A DNA stretch of 64,000 nt from Cyanobacteriota bacterium (GTDB taxonomy: Bacteria; Cyanobacteriota; Cyanobacteriia; Thermostichales; Thermostichaceae), in contig JANRIL010000019.1 in assembly GCA_033764955.1 (NCBI GenBank), positions 32,001 through 96,000 of the forward strand. The letters are read 5' to 3'. The stretch's first letter is position 1; each line of letters starts with the position of its first letter. Of this stretch, positions 47,973-59,246 are shown one piece after another. The position numbers were made by a program, and so were the translations under genes. A model generated the notes under the pieces. That model was not told the origin of the DNA, did not search any database, and saw nothing but the letters and a program-made list of their open reading frames with translations.

Positions 47973-50900
47973 ATGAACGAAAATTTGATTGACCAGATGA
48001 TTGGCAATCGCTACCGCTTGGTTCGTTCGCTAAATGCAGGGGGCATGGGGCAAGTTTTTGAGGCGGTTGACACCAATCTCTTTGATCGACGCATTGCCGT
48101 TAAAATTCTCCACCAAAGCTTAACCGGTAACGAAAACCTGCGCCGTCGCTTTCAAGCGGAAGCTCGTATCAGCGCCCTTTTGGGAGAACACCCTCTGATC
48201 GTGCGGGTGATGGACTATGGCTTGCACTACGATCAGCCCTACATTGTGATGGAGTATCTGGGATCCCCTCCCTTCGCTGGAGAACCCCTCAGCGACATCC
48301 TGCGCCAAGAACCGATGGACGTAAAGCGGATGGTGCGCTTAGGGCGGCAGATTGCGGCGGCTCTGCAATATGCTCATTCCTTTGAAGCCAATCAGGGGGA
48401 TTTCAAAATTACGGGCGTGATTCACCGCGACATCAAACCCAGCAACATTTTTGTGATCCGCGATCAAACTATTGGCGAATCTATTAAGTTATTAGATTTT
48501 GGCATTGCCAAAACGGTGGCGGATGTCTCGATGGCACTGGGAACCCAGTTGGGGTTTGTCGGTACACCCAGCCACGCCTCCCCTGAACAATTGCGCGGAG
48601 AACCCATTGATTTTCGCTCCGATATTTATTCCTTGGGGATTGTCTTTTATCAGATGTTGTCGGGGCAATTGCCCTTAGTGCCCAAAACCGAGTCCTTCCC
48701 CGCTTGGTATGAGGCTCATAACTATCAGCAACCTCGCCCGATTGAACGCAGTGACGTGTCCCCCGCCCTAGCCGCCGTGATCATGTCCTGCTTGGAAAAG
48801 GAGCCGGATCGTCGTCCCGCCAGTGCTGAGGTGCTGCGGGAACAACTGAAAAATGTTTTTCAAACCACCCTGGCGACCCCAACCCCTCCTGCCACCAACG
48901 ACCGCTCGGTCTCACCCCGTCCCGGCGAACTCAGTCCCGAATTACTACGGCTGGTTCGCCCCATTGAGGTAGCGATGACCGATTTTAATGCTTCCGCTCA
49001 ATTCCGTCTGCGCGGGCGGGAACTGCATATTTTGCTGGAATATCCCGCCACCCTCTCCCTAAATCGGCAGGCCATTCTCCAAACCATCTCCACCCTTTTA
49101 TTGACCCAGCCCCAATCTTCTCTGGATCAAGTGGTTATGTATGGGCGGGTGGTCAAACGTCCGACTCCAGAGTGGCAGGAAACCCTGCGACTGGCGGATT
49201 TATCCCAGTTGGTGACGGCTCCCTTGGTGCCTGAGCAACCGGAGGCTCTCTTCCCGCCAGATCCCGCCGAACTTAGCCCCGATTTCTTTGCCGATCTGGA
49301 GCCGGGTCGGGGTAGTGCTACCGAGGACAAACCGGAAACGGCGCTCCTTGCCCCAAAACTCACGGATCCCCTAGCCCCTAACTCCCCCATCAGCCCAGAA
49401 CCAAGTCTCGTTCCTACCGATTTGGCGGCTGCACCCCTCGACACTCCCACTCCAGCCAGCCCCAAGGATCCCCACGCCAATAGCGATCCTACCTATGCCA
49501 AACCAGAGGTAGATCGCCAACACCTGACCCTCGATCTGGTGGATAAACCCTCTCAGATCTTGGGGAACGAACGCAGCACCACTCAGTTTAGCCGTCTGCA
49601 ACGGCGCGCCTTTCTGGCCTCTTTTCCCAGTTTGCAAGATCGCATGATCCAGGTGCGATCCTGGAGCCTGGAACCCCTCGATTCTTTTAACCTCCTCCAT
49701 CTGGAAATTGAACTCAAAAAGAGCATTATTGAAATCGATCCGGGGGCGATGGTGGCCTATCAGCAGGGAATGAGTTTCCTACAATCCCAAGATTGGGATC
49801 CGGCCATCGCCCAGTTTGACCTCGCCCTGCAACGGGATCCCTCTCTGGCGGAAATTCGGGTTTATCTGGGGTTTATCGCTCTCCAAAAACAGGATTTAGC
49901 CACTGCCATTCAACAGTTTCAAACCGCTCTAGAAAAGGATCCCTCCCTAGCCGAAGCCTCCTTGGGTCTGGGGATGATTTTTATGCAACGGCGAGAACTG
50001 GATGAGGCGATTGCCGCCTTTCAGGGCGCTCTGCAACATAAACCCGCTCTCACGCAAATCTTTACTTATCTATTGAAAGCGCTGGTGCAAAAGGGCTATC
50101 TCAAGGAAGCCATTCAACAATATCTGGAGGCGTTGCAACATACCCCTCAACTGATCACATTGCGGCGGCAAATGGCAGAAATTATTCTACTTCACTCCAG
50201 CTATTTGATTCAAAATGATGATATTTCCGATGCTATTTTTTATCTCAAAAAAGCTACTTCTTTTCACAGTGAAGATCCGATTCTGCATGGCTATTTGGGC
50301 TTAGCCCTCATGTCGAGCAAAAATAAAAGTGATTGGCAGGATGCGGCTACCGAATTTCGCATTGCCATTCGCCTAGACCCCAACCTATTGGAAGCCCATA
50401 TTGGTATGGGCATCACCCTCAGTCGCTTGGGGAACCAACGGGGAGCCATCAATGCCTACACCACAGCCCTCAACCTTAAGCCCCACCATACCCCCACCCA
50501 TTACAACTTAGGCATCGCCCTCTTTAAGCAAGGGGAATTGAAGGAGGCGATTGCTTCCTTTGAAAAGACCTTGCAGCTTGAACCCAGCTTTGCGGAGGGC
50601 TATATCACATTGGGATTGGCGAAGTTACAAGCCGGGGATCCCCAAGCCGCCATTCCATTGTTTGAAACCGCTCTCAATCTAGAGGATGCCGATTTAGCCG
50701 AAGCCCACTGTGGGATTGGTCATGCCCTAGCCTTGCAGGGAGAACTATCGGCGGCCATCAAGCGTTACCACACCGCCCTCGATTTATTCCCGATGCTGGC
50801 GGGTGCTCATGCCGGAATCGGTCTGGTCTATCTCGAACAGCAGCGCCAAATGCATTCCCAAGATGTGGAGGCGGCGCGAGCCAAGTTGGAAATGGCCTTG

Positions 50901-51176
50901 CGTTTGGATGCCAGTTGCTCAGATGCTCACTATGGTCTAGGGGAAATTGAACGGCAACGGCAAAGTTATGGTCTAGCGGTGAAGCACTACGAAGCGGCTC
51001 TTTATGCCAACCGCAGCTATACAGTTGCTCACTACAAATTAGCGCTGGTTTTGGCAGAACAAGGGAAAAGTAATGAGGCGATTTCTGAACTCCGCATCAC
51101 CCTAGAGATCAATCCCAATTTTCTGCCTGCTCAACAGGTGTTGAAACAGATGCTGGGGGAGCGGCGGTCAGGCTAA
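47973..51176 (+). CDS. Hanks-type Ser/Thr protein kinase with Pro-rich linker and C-terminal TPR array
   Basis: GGMGQV, AVK, HRDIKPSN, DFG, SPEQ, DIYSLG; many A..LG..L...G...EA TPR repeats. Confidence 0.93.
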   Translation: MNENLIDQMIGNRYRLVRSLNAGGMGQVFEAVDTNLFDRRIAVKILHQSLTGNENLRRRFQAEARISALLGEHPLIVRVMDYGLHYDQPYIVMEYLGSPPFAGEPLSDILRQEPMDVKRMVRLGRQIAAALQYAHSFEANQGDFKITGVIHRDIKPSNIFVIRDQTIGESIKLLDFGIAKTVADVSMALGTQLGFVGTPSHASPEQLRGEPIDFRSDIYSLGIVFYQMLSGQLPLVPKTESFPAWYEAHNYQQPRPIERSDVSPALAAVIMSCLEKEPDRRPASAEVLREQLKNVFQTTLATPTPPATNDRSVSPRPGELSPELLRLVRPIEVAMTDFNASAQFRLRGRELHILLEYPATLSLNRQAILQTISTLLLTQPQSSLDQVVMYGRVVKRPTPEWQETLRLADLSQLVTAPLVPEQPEALFPPDPAELSPDFFADLEPGRGSATEDKPETALLAPKLTDPLAPNSPISPEPSLVPTDLAAAPLDTPTPASPKDPHANSDPTYAKPEVDRQHLTLDLVDKPSQILGNERSTTQFSRLQRRAFLASFPSLQDRMIQVRSWSLEPLDSFNLLHLEIELKKSIIEIDPGAMVAYQQGMSFLQSQDWDPAIAQFDLALQRDPSLAEIRVYLGFIALQKQDLATAIQQFQTALEKDPSLAEASLGLGMIFMQRRELDEAIAAFQGALQHKPALTQIFTYLLKALVQKGYLKEAIQQYLEALQHTPQLITLRRQMAEIILLHSSYLIQNDDISDAIFYLKKATSFHSEDPILHGYLGLALMSSKNKSDWQDAATEFRIAIRLDPNLLEAHIGMGITLSRLGNQRGAINAYTTALNLKPHHTPTHYNLGIALFKQGELKEAIASFEKTLQLEPSFAEGYITLGLAKLQAGDPQAAIPLFETALNLEDADLAEAHCGIGHALALQGELSAAIKRYHTALDLFPMLAGAHAGIGLVYLEQQRQMHSQDVEAARAKLEMALRLDASCSDAHYGLGEIERQRQSYGLAVKHYEAALYANRSYTVAHYKLALVLAEQGKSNEAISELRITLEINPNFLPAQQVLKQMLGERRSG

Positions 51177-51188
51177 GTCAGCCAACAG

Positions 51189-54100
51189 TTAGCCAGGGAT
51201 CCCGCTCAAGCTGGTCTGCCCCACCGCCGCATTCATTTTTTCAAACCATGTGATCAGATTTTCCAACTGCTGATGAGCAGGCACCTGCCCTAGTCCACGC
51301 ACCGTTACTTTGCTGGGCTGATAAATAAAGCGAGCTTGCAGGTGGCTGGGCAGGGTTTCTTTGAGGCGTTGCCAAGCAGGTTCCGCCATCGGGGTTTCTA
51401 AAATTACATGCTCTTTGAGGGGCTTGATCCGCGAGAACCCCAGCGATTTGGCGAGCTGTTTGAGTTCCATCACCCGCAATAGCTCTTGGGTGGGCTTGGG
51501 CAATGAGCCATAGCGATCCAGCCAGGCAGCGGCAATTTGAGCCAATTCCACGCGGGAACTGGCAACAGCCACCTGCCGATAAGCTTGCATTTTTTGATCG
51601 GGATCCGGTATGTAATGCTGCGGAATCATTGCCGTTATATTTAAGTCAATTTGGGTGTCATCCACGACAGGAATTTCTTGTCCACGAATTTCTTTGATGG
51701 CATCCTGCAACATTTCCATATACAGATCAAATCCCACCGTATTGACTTGACCCGATTGTTCAGTTCCCAATAAATTGCCAACTCCTCGAATTTCCATATC
51801 GCGGATTGCCAACTGATAACCGGATCCCAACTGAGTGAATTCTTGAATGGCACGCAGCCGTTTACGAGCATCCTCCGTCAAGGTGGCTTGATCTCGATAA
51901 AATAACCAGGCATGAGCTTGGATCCCTGCTCGTCCCACCCGTCCGCGTAGTTGATAAAGTTGCGATAATCCAAAAAACTCAGCATTTTCCACCAAAATAG
52001 TATTGACCCGTGGAATATCTAAACCTGACTCAATGATCGTCGTGCAAACCAAAATATCGGTTTCTCCGTTGTTAAAGGTCAACATGGTGGCTTCTAATTC
52101 CCCTTCGGGCATTTGTCCGTGGGCAATGGAGATGCGGGCTTGAGGAATCATCTCCCGCAACTTACCAGCCACCTCTTCAATTCCTTCCACCCGATTGACC
52201 ACATAAAAAACTTGTCCCCCCCGATCCAATTCTTGCCGGATAGCCGTGTGAACTGCTTCGGGTTTGTAGGGAGACAGATGGGTTTTGATGGGGCGGCGGG
52301 AGGGGGGAGGAGTAGAAATGAGACTCATTTCTCGCAATCCAGAAAGCGACATATAGAGAGTGCGGGGAATGGGAGTGGCGGTTAAGGTCAAGACATCCAC
52401 TTGTGTTTTCAGGGCTTTAATTTTTTCCTTTTGATTGACCCCAAAACGCTGTTCTTCATCAATAACCAACAGTCCCAAATCCTTAAACCTCACCTCTTTT
52501 CCCAATATCTGATGGGTACCCACGACAATATCCATCTCGCCCGTGGCTAGACGAGCCAGAATGTCTTTTTTCTCTTCCGAACTGCGAAAACGGTTTAACA
52601 ACCCTACTTGAATGGGATAGGGAGCAAAGCGTTCTTTCAAGGTATGATAATGCTGCTGGGTCAAAATTGTGGTGGGAGCCAAAAGCGCTACTTGTTTGCC
52701 CGAAGTGACCGCCTTAAAAATAGCGCGAATGGCGATTTCTGTCTTACCAAAACCCACATCCCCACACACCAGTCGATCCATGGGTCGTTCACTTTCCATA
52801 TCACCCTTCACATCCTGAATTGATTTGAGTTGATCGGGAGTGGGTTGATAAGGAAACGAGTCTTCCATTTCCTGTTGCCAGGGAGAGTCGGCGGGGAAGG
52901 CAAAGCCCCGTTGTTCGGCCCGTTTAGCATAAAGTTCTAACAAATCATAAGCGACTTTTTGAATGGCTTTTTTAACTTTATTTTTAGTCTTTTCCCAAGC
53001 TTGACCGGACATCTTATTGAGAACAGGTGGGCGTTCAGATGTCGAACGATACCGAGAAAGTGAGTTAACCTGATCAGCAGCAACCCGCAATTCTCCATCG
53101 CTGTATTGGATCACTAAATATTCACGAGTTTCACCATTCAGTGTTAGGGTTTCCAGTCGCAAAAACTTGCCAATACCGTGGGCTTTGTGAACCACAAAAT
53201 CTCCTGGTTGCAAGAGATTGGGATCCACCTGCCGCGAACTGGCCTGTCGCCGTTTACGGATATAGCTGGAAGTAGCCAGACTATGCTGACCAAAAAACTC
53301 CCGATCCGTTACCAAGACGGTGCGATAAAGCGGCCAGACAAATCCTGCCAACTCCGCCAAACCAACATACTTGAGGGCGGTGGGAGTTTGGCTATCCACT
53401 AAGCGATCCAGGGTCGGAAAATCCTTTGGGTTGGGCACAAACTGCGCCGGACAATCATGTTCCTGTAAAAGAGCTACAGCGCGGGAAGGTTGTGCCGAGA
53501 CCACCCACACCTGGGATCCCTGTTGACGCTGTTCTCGAATCGTTTTGGCTAGGGCGGCAAACTGATGGGGAATGGCGGCGACGGCGCGGGTTTTGCAATC
53601 GAGACCTTCCGATCCACTTGCTAACTCAGAGACCCTTACCTGGGGAAAATGGGCGAGTCTATCCAGATTGACCGCAAAGGGCCGATGCAAAGGGGGAAGG
53701 CGAAAGGGGAGAGCTTGCCATAATTCCTGCGCCTGATTAACCCACTGTTGACTGTGGGCACAACACTGTTCCGGTTCATCAATCACCACCAGTGTGGACT
53801 CAGGCAGGTAGTCAGCCAAACTGGCGGGAGAGGCGTAGGCTAACCCTAGGTATTGGCGGAGTCCTTCGGTGTTGGTTTGCCAGTCGGCGGTGCTCATTTC
53901 CGAAGGTAGTCCGCCTTGATCCATGGCCGCTTGCAGAGCCGCCGCGATCATCACGCCATAGTTAGTCGCAGTGAGGAGCAATTCTGACAGGGCATCCTGC
54001 GAACGCTGACTAACGGGATCAAACTCCCGTAGTTTTTCCAAGTCGGAACCAAACCACTCCAGACGAACCGGCCACTCGCTCGCCACCGGGAAAACATCCA

Positions 54101-54641
54101 CCAGATCCCCCCGCTGACTCCACTGCCCTTCGCTTTCCACCAAACTGACCCGCTCATATCCCAGGCGAGTCAGGGCTTGCCCCAATTCTTTAAGGCTCAT
54201 CTGCAAGCCGGGACGCAACAGCAGACCAAAGGAACGAAAAACGTCGGGGGGAGGCAAATGGGGTTGCAGGGATCCCTCTGTGGCCACCACCGCCATCCCC
54301 ATCTGACCCCGCTGCAAATCCGCCAATACCTGAAACTGCCCCCAGACCATTTCGGCCTCTAGGTCAAACGGTTCGTAGGGAGAAGCCTCCGAAGTGGGAT
54401 AAAAATGCACGACATCCCAGCCCATCGCCTCCAGTTGAGCTGTCCAGCGCCCCGCCTCCTCCAAAGTTGCGGTGACTACCAACAGATTCCGTTGTGCCTG
54501 CCGTGCCAGGGCGGATGTCAACAACCCCTTAGGTAGGCGGGAGAGTCCCTTCAAATCCAAAATCTGATGCTTGAGTTTGCCGAGAAACTCAAGGGTGAGG
54601 GGCGATTGTCCGAGATAACGAACTAGCGGCAGAAAAGACAT
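51189..54641 (-). CDS. mfd: Transcription-repair coupling factor
   Basis: [12 protein letters not shown] (CarD-like), [45 protein letters not shown]-terminal domain. Confidence 0.97.
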   Translation of the reverse strand: MSFLPLVRYLGQSPLTLEFLGKLKHQILDLKGLSRLPKGLLTSALARQAQRNLLVVTATLEEAGRWTAQLEAMGWDVVHFYPTSEASPYEPFDLEAEMVWGQFQVLADLQRGQMGMAVVATEGSLQPHLPPPDVFRSFGLLLRPGLQMSLKELGQALTRLGYERVSLVESEGQWSQRGDLVDVFPVASEWPVRLEWFGSDLEKLREFDPVSQRSQDALSELLLTATNYGVMIAAALQAAMDQGGLPSEMSTADWQTNTEGLRQYLGLAYASPASLADYLPESTLVVIDEPEQCCAHSQQWVNQAQELWQALPFRLPPLHRPFAVNLDRLAHFPQVRVSELASGSEGLDCKTRAVAAIPHQFAALAKTIREQRQQGSQVWVVSAQPSRAVALLQEHDCPAQFVPNPKDFPTLDRLVDSQTPTALKYVGLAELAGFVWPLYRTVLVTDREFFGQHSLATSSYIRKRRQASSRQVDPNLLQPGDFVVHKAHGIGKFLRLETLTLNGETREYLVIQYSDGELRVAADQVNSLSRYRSTSERPPVLNKMSGQAWEKTKNKVKKAIQKVAYDLLELYAKRAEQRGFAFPADSPWQQEMEDSFPYQPTPDQLKSIQDVKGDMESERPMDRLVCGDVGFGKTEIAIRAIFKAVTSGKQVALLAPTTILTQQHYHTLKERFAPYPIQVGLLNRFRSSEEKKDILARLATGEMDIVVGTHQILGKEVRFKDLGLLVIDEEQRFGVNQKEKIKALKTQVDVLTLTATPIPRTLYMSLSGLREMSLISTPPPSRRPIKTHLSPYKPEAVHTAIRQELDRGGQVFYVVNRVEGIEEVAGKLREMIPQARISIAHGQMPEGELEATMLTFNNGETDILVCTTIIESGLDIPRVNTILVENAEFFGLSQLYQLRGRVGRAGIQAHAWLFYRDQATLTEDARKRLRAIQEFTQLGSGYQLAIRDMEIRGVGNLLGTEQSGQVNTVGFDLYMEMLQDAIKEIRGQEIPVVDDTQIDLNITAMIPQHYIPDPDQKMQAYRQVAVASSRVELAQIAAAWLDRYGSLPKPTQELLRVMELKQLAKSLGFSRIKPLKEHVILETPMAEPAWQRLKETLPSHLQARFIYQPSKVTVRGLGQVPAHQQLENLITWFEKMNAAVGQTSLSGIPG

Positions 54642-54677
54642 GCAAGCCAAGCCAATCAGCAAATTAGGTTGCGTCCG

Positions 54678-54887
54678 TTAAGACCGAAAACGTGAGCGCA
54701 GGGCATCCCAGGCAACGGAAGCCGAATCACTAGCCACCACCCGTGCTTTGCTCAGCCAGAGATTGGCATTGTCCGTAACCAATCCCTTGATGCTGGAGAA
54801 ATTGTCCCCAGCTTGTACCCAGGTTTTGCGACTCCAAGATCCCAAGTTTTTGCTGGCGGCATTCAGGAGTGTTTCTAGCGTATCCAT
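54678..54887 (-). CDS. Small amphipathic hypothetical protein
   Basis: 69 aa, ATG with an upstream AGAGG, directly upstream of mfd. Confidence 0.55.
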   Translation of the reverse strand: MDTLETLLNAASKNLGSWSRKTWVQAGDNFSSIKGLVTDNANLWLSKARVVASDSASVAWDALRSRFRS

Positions 54888-55225
54888 AGGGTTGCCTCTG
54901 TTGAGTAACGTGTGTAATTAGGCGGCACTGGATTTTAAGATGATTATCCGGGGAAGGAGGGATGAGTAGTCAGAACATTTTGCGGATCCTACGGGATCCC
55001 CTGCCTGACCCCCCGTAGAAATTCAGGTGCTCAATAGCTTAGCAGGCGATCACGGCCAGACCAATCCGACCAGCAGGGCTGCCCCTAGCACCACACAGAC
55101 TCTACTGCTACCCCCGATTTTAACTGCATGATCCGAAGATATTACAAATCGTTAAGAATTTGCCGTCATGCCATCGCGCTAGTTAAGCTAAGCAGCATGT
55201 TCGGGAAACAAGAGCGTTGTATCGT

Positions 55226-55606
55226 ATGAGCTATCGGTCAGAGCAAGACTTCGAGCAATCCACTTCCAAGCAAAAGGTAACGCTGTATCTTTCGCCTGAG
55301 CTACACCGCAACCTCAAAATTCGGGCTGCCGTCGAAATGGAGGCCATGTCTGTGATGGCTGAGCGAGCCTTGAGCTTTTATCTCGATCACCCCGACATGA
55401 TTGAGAACGCCTTTGGTCGTTCCCATCAAGTTCATTACTGTCCCGAATGTTCTCAGCCCCTAGTCCTGCGCCAAGGTGAATTGGCTGCCGTCACATCCCA
55501 TACCTGTTCATCAGTCATTTTAGAGGATGGTGAGTCGGATTTTGTTCAGGCTACCTGGGGATCCCCTGACACCAGCAGCAAACGAGATGAGTTAGTGCCC
55601 TGTTAA
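55226..55606 (+). CDS. Ribbon-helix-helix-like protein with CxxC, first gene of the ycf46 operon
   Basis: KQKVTLYLSPELHRNLKIRAA (RHH), HQVHYCPEC, ends ELVPC. Confidence 0.78.
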   Translation: MSYRSEQDFEQSTSKQKVTLYLSPELHRNLKIRAAVEMEAMSVMAERALSFYLDHPDMIENAFGRSHQVHYCPECSQPLVLRQGELAAVTSHTCSSVILEDGESDFVQATWGSPDTSSKRDELVPC

Positions 55607-55676
55607 CCGTGAATGGGGATCCCCTCTATAGGGGGATCCCCGGCTTCAGCCCCATCCATTGAGTGTAGATGTCATC

Positions 55677-57185
55677 ATGCGAGAGCTAGAAATCCTCATC
55701 CAAGCTCAGTACCCACTCGTTTATCTTCTCACCCCAGAAGAAGAACGAGCCGAGGGTCTGCTCTCCAGCATTGCCCGCCTCAAGCCGCAACGCCGCCTCT
55801 TCATCTGGACGGTTACCCACGGCATTGTTGAATACGGCAATCCCCGCAGTCTCACCCAACACAACACCCAGTCTCCTCAACCGGCTATCCAATGGGTGAT
55901 GGAGCAAAAGGAACCCGGCATTTTTGTTTTCAAAGATCTGCATGATTTTTTGGACAATACCGAGGTCAAGCGTTGGTTGCGAGATGCCATTGCCAGCCTA
56001 CGGGGATCCCATAAAACAATTGTCTTGATGTCGCCCTTGCAAGTCATCCCAGTAGAGCTAGAAAAAGATATTGCTGTTGTAGAATTTCCTCTCCCCGATA
56101 TGGCCGCTTTAGAGCGAGTACTCAATCGCCAACTGGAGCAAAGTCCCCGCTCAGCGAACCTCTCTCCCGATACTCGAGAAAAGTTAGTGAAAGCAGCCTT
56201 AGGCTTGACGTTGGACGAAACGGAGAAAGTCTATCGCAAAGCGGTTGTGATGACGGGTCAACTCACGGAAAGTGAAGTCGAGGTGGTGCTTTCTGAAAAG
56301 AAGCAACTGATTCGGCGCAACGGCATTCTGGAGTATATCGAAGATCACGAAACTATTGACGGTGTTGGGGGACTAGAAGAATTAAAGCACTGGCTCACCC
56401 AACGGTCAGGAGCCTTCACCGAGCGCGCACGGATCTACGGCTTGCCCCAACCCAAAGGTATGTTAATTTTGGGGGTGCCTGGATGTGGCAAGTCACTCAT
56501 TGCCAAGACCACGGCTCGGCTTTGGGGCTTGCCTCTCTTACGCCTAGATATGGGGCGCATTTATGACGGCTCGATGGTGGGTAAGTCGGAAGCCAATTTG
56601 CGGAGCGCCCTCAAAACGGCGGAGTCTCTGTCGCCTGCCATCTTATTTATTGATGAATTGGACAAAGCTTTTGCTGGATCAGCGGGTTCTAGCGACTCAG
56701 ACGGGGGAACTTCCAGCCGGATTTTCGGATCCTTCTTGACCTGGATGCAAGAAAAACGTTCCCCTGTATTTGTGATGGCAACTGCTAACCGCGTCGATCG
56801 CCTTCCGGGGGAGTTTTTACGAAAAGGTCGCTTTGATGAGATTTTCTTTGTCGATTTGCCCAACACCAGCGAGCGCACCGAAATCTTCGAAATTCATCTG
56901 AAAAAGCGCCGCCGAGATATTAGTCGTTTTGACCTTAAGCAACTAGCCGCCGCCTGTGAAGGCTTTTCGGGGGCGGAGATTGAACAAGTATTGGTTGCTG
57001 CCATGTACGAATCCTTTGCCCAGAATCGGGAGTTTACCCAACTGGACATTTTGGCAGCGACAAAAGCAACTCAGCCACTATCACGCACCATGATGGAGCA
57101 GGTAGTTGCGTTGAGGGAATGGGCCCAGCAACGGGCTCGGCCAGCAGCGGCATCTGTGGCCGAGTACCAAAGGCTGGAGTTCTAG
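55677..57185 (+). CDS. ycf46: Ycf46-family AAA+ ATPase
   Basis: YLLTPEEERAE, VGGLEELK, GVPGCGKS, LFIDELDK, ATAN, RKGRFDEIFFVDLP, LREWA. Confidence 0.9.
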   Translation: MRELEILIQAQYPLVYLLTPEEERAEGLLSSIARLKPQRRLFIWTVTHGIVEYGNPRSLTQHNTQSPQPAIQWVMEQKEPGIFVFKDLHDFLDNTEVKRWLRDAIASLRGSHKTIVLMSPLQVIPVELEKDIAVVEFPLPDMAALERVLNRQLEQSPRSANLSPDTREKLVKAALGLTLDETEKVYRKAVVMTGQLTESEVEVVLSEKKQLIRRNGILEYIEDHETIDGVGGLEELKHWLTQRSGAFTERARIYGLPQPKGMLILGVPGCGKSLIAKTTARLWGLPLLRLDMGRIYDGSMVGKSEANLRSALKTAESLSPAILFIDELDKAFAGSAGSSDSDGGTSSRIFGSFLTWMQEKRSPVFVMATANRVDRLPGEFLRKGRFDEIFFVDLPNTSERTEIFEIHLKKRRRDISRFDLKQLAAACEGFSGAEIEQVLVAAMYESFAQNREFTQLDILAATKATQPLSRTMMEQVVALREWAQQRARPAAASVAEYQRLEF

Positions 57186-57320
57186 GACTCAGGAGGATGG
57201 ATCGCTCCAGCAGGAAGCTCTCGAACCCCTCGAAAGACTTCTGATCTGGAGTGAAACTGACTGAAAGCCTAGCCCATTGTGTGTCGTGATGTTCCTAACC
57301 AAACTCTCAGGAGAAACACC

Positions 57321-57671
57321 ATGTCTCATTTTAGCACTCTACGTACCAAAATTACCGATGCCCAAATTCTCCAGCAATCTTTGCGGGATCTTGGGTTTAC
57401 GGTCAAGCAAAATGCCGATGTGCGCGGTTACAACGGTCAGCGTGTTCGTTCTGACATCGTAGCGATGTTGGAAGGGGATTACGATTTGGGGTGGTCTAAG
57501 AATCCCGATGGTTCCTATGACCTGATTGCCGATCTGTGGGGCGTCGCCAAAAAGCATAACCAAACGGAACTGATTAATTCCATCAACCAAAAGTATGCCG
57601 TTAACAAAACCCTCACAGAAGTGAAGCGCCCTGGTCTACAAAATGCCAACGTCAAGCTGATGGTGCACTAA
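57321..57671 (+). CDS. ycf35: DUF1257 / Ycf35 family protein
   Basis: MSHFSTLRTKI, VRGYNGQ, YDLIADLW, INQKYA; AGGAG RBS. Confidence 0.88.
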   Translation: MSHFSTLRTKITDAQILQQSLRDLGFTVKQNADVRGYNGQRVRSDIVAMLEGDYDLGWSKNPDGSYDLIADLWGVAKKHNQTELINSINQKYAVNKTLTEVKRPGLQNANVKLMVH

Positions 57672-57716
57672 GCAAAACATCACTTCTGGCAAGTTGATCG
57701 TTTTGTCCCTAACCGC

Positions 57717-57744
57717 AATGGGCTGCCACCGCAGCCCATTTTTT
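57717..57744 (+). terminator. Rho-independent terminator of the ycf46-ycf35 operon
   Basis: AATGGGCTGC-CACC-GCAGCCCATT followed by a T tract. Confidence 0.85.
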
Positions 57745-57759
57745 GTTGAGTTTTCTTGT

Positions 57760-59034
57760 TCAAGTGCTTTTGATGGGTTGAGGTGGATCGGGAGTGGGGG
57801 TTATGGAGGGCTTGGGAGCGTGACTAAATAAGCGGAAATAGCCCGATACTAAAGTCTCTTTGAGGGGGAAAATTAAGTAGGTGAGGGGATTGATCGTGAC
57901 AATAATGTTGCGAAAGTCCCGTTTAGCCTGAGCAATAATTTGGCGGGCTACCCAGTCGGCTGACATCACCCCAATCGGGTTAAGCTGACTACGAAATGGC
58001 CCTAAAATCAATTTGCGAATGATGCAGGGAGCCTCTAACCGCCGTAGGGTGACGAGATCTCCCAAGGCTCGCTTGGACAGTTCGTAGAGAGGACTGATGG
58101 CGGGCAAGACTTCTGCTTCTGAGGTATTGACCCAAACTTCTTTGCAGGCGATATCAGGATTGCTGGTGACAGTAGCTAAAAATAGTTCCAGCAAGCGCCA
58201 ACTGGAGAAGGTATTGACTTGAAAAGATTGCTCAATAGCATCCGCACTGCGCCCACCATGCACATTCACACCGTGGTTCAGGATAAGAATATCCACAGTT
58301 TGCAGGAGCGGGGTCAATTCGTTCTCTTGCCCTATTTGCCAGCGATGAGGCTCTAGTTGTTGGGATCCCCCATCCATCGGCAGCGAGATCGGCTGGGATC
58401 CCCTACTGAGGGGGATAACTTTGCACCCCTGTTGGAGAAGCTGCTGGAGAAGGGCTCGCCCCAAACTACCGGAGGCTCCGGTGACGGCAACGGTTTTGCC
58501 CTTGAGGGAGAGACTAGTACCCATCAATCGGTCCAAAAGGGTAAAGGTTCCAGAAAAATAGGCGTTGGGATCATCAAAGTGATGTCGCCAGTGGTAGGAG
58601 CGATTCACCCACCATAGCCCTGGAATATCGGTAAACGCTCCTGGCTGATGAGTTAAGTCTGTCTCCATAGCGATCCCTTGTCCACGACTCATCCCGCCCA
58701 CCAAAAAACTGAGGGAATAGAGGACGCCTAGACCACTGGCAAGGCTGTAAGTGGGGGCTATCAACCACAGGGTTCCGCACAGCAACAACCCCGCGAGCAG
58801 CATGGCTACTGACTCCGGTACATCGTGATGCCATTGGGATTGACGGTAGAGATCGGCATCAATCACCGTTAAATCTCGCCGGAATATTTTGTGGTGCAGA
58901 TGATGTTTGGGCATCAGTCGAGGAAAGGCATGGGCTAAAGCATGTCGCCCATCCCTGACCAATTCCGCCCATAGTAGAGAGCCGAGGGCGACTAGTCCCT
59001 GGAGCGCGGATCCCAACCAAAACTCGCTCGCCAT
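57760..59034 (-). CDS. Bifunctional sterol-desaturase-like / short-chain dehydrogenase
   Basis: His boxes (HALAH, HHLHH, YHWRHH) followed by SDR motifs VAVTGASGSLG, NHG, YELSK. Confidence 0.88.
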   Translation of the reverse strand: MASEFWLGSALQGLVALGSLLWAELVRDGRHALAHAFPRLMPKHHLHHKIFRRDLTVIDADLYRQSQWHHDVPESVAMLLAGLLLCGTLWLIAPTYSLASGLGVLYSLSFLVGGMSRGQGIAMETDLTHQPGAFTDIPGLWWVNRSYHWRHHFDDPNAYFSGTFTLLDRLMGTSLSLKGKTVAVTGASGSLGRALLQQLLQQGCKVIPLSRGSQPISLPMDGGSQQLEPHRWQIGQENELTPLLQTVDILILNHGVNVHGGRSADAIEQSFQVNTFSSWRLLELFLATVTSNPDIACKEVWVNTSEAEVLPAISPLYELSKRALGDLVTLRRLEAPCIIRKLILGPFRSQLNPIGVMSADWVARQIIAQAKRDFRNIIVTINPLTYLIFPLKETLVSGYFRLFSHAPKPSITPTPDPPQPIKST

Positions 59035-59117
59035 ACTGTGCTTGTGTTTTGCAATGGAGTGGTAAGTGCTGAAAAGAGGTTAAAGTTTTTAGCTCTAATA
59101 TTTTAAGAAACTTAATC

Positions 59118-59246
59118 ATGCTACCACTAATGCGGTGCGACCCGGCTGCAATCCCAGCCCCAGTTACAGTCACGTTTAGCGGGCACACACAGTTTTACCA
59201 CTCAGCGAACCTGCCCACATTAGCTATGTTCCGTGGCGGAGGCTGA
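59118..59246 (+). CDS. Candidate 42-aa small protein or leader peptide
   Basis: MLPLMRCDPAAIPAPVTVTFSGHTQFYHSANLPTLAMFRGGG*, shorter than any ORF in the track; AT-rich promoter-like region upstream and a hairpin over the stop codon. Confidence 0.45.
   Translation: MLPLMRCDPAAIPAPVTVTFSGHTQFYHSANLPTLAMFRGGG

Noticed and set aside
57197..57244. 15-codon ORF after AGGAGG in the ycf46-ycf35 gap
   Set aside because: Zero spacing between SD and ATG; the region is better explained as a stem-loop.
59122..59225. 6S RNA or cobalamin riboswitch
   Set aside because: Too short for 6S and lacks the conserved B12-box; retained only as a sORF or structured-leader candidate.
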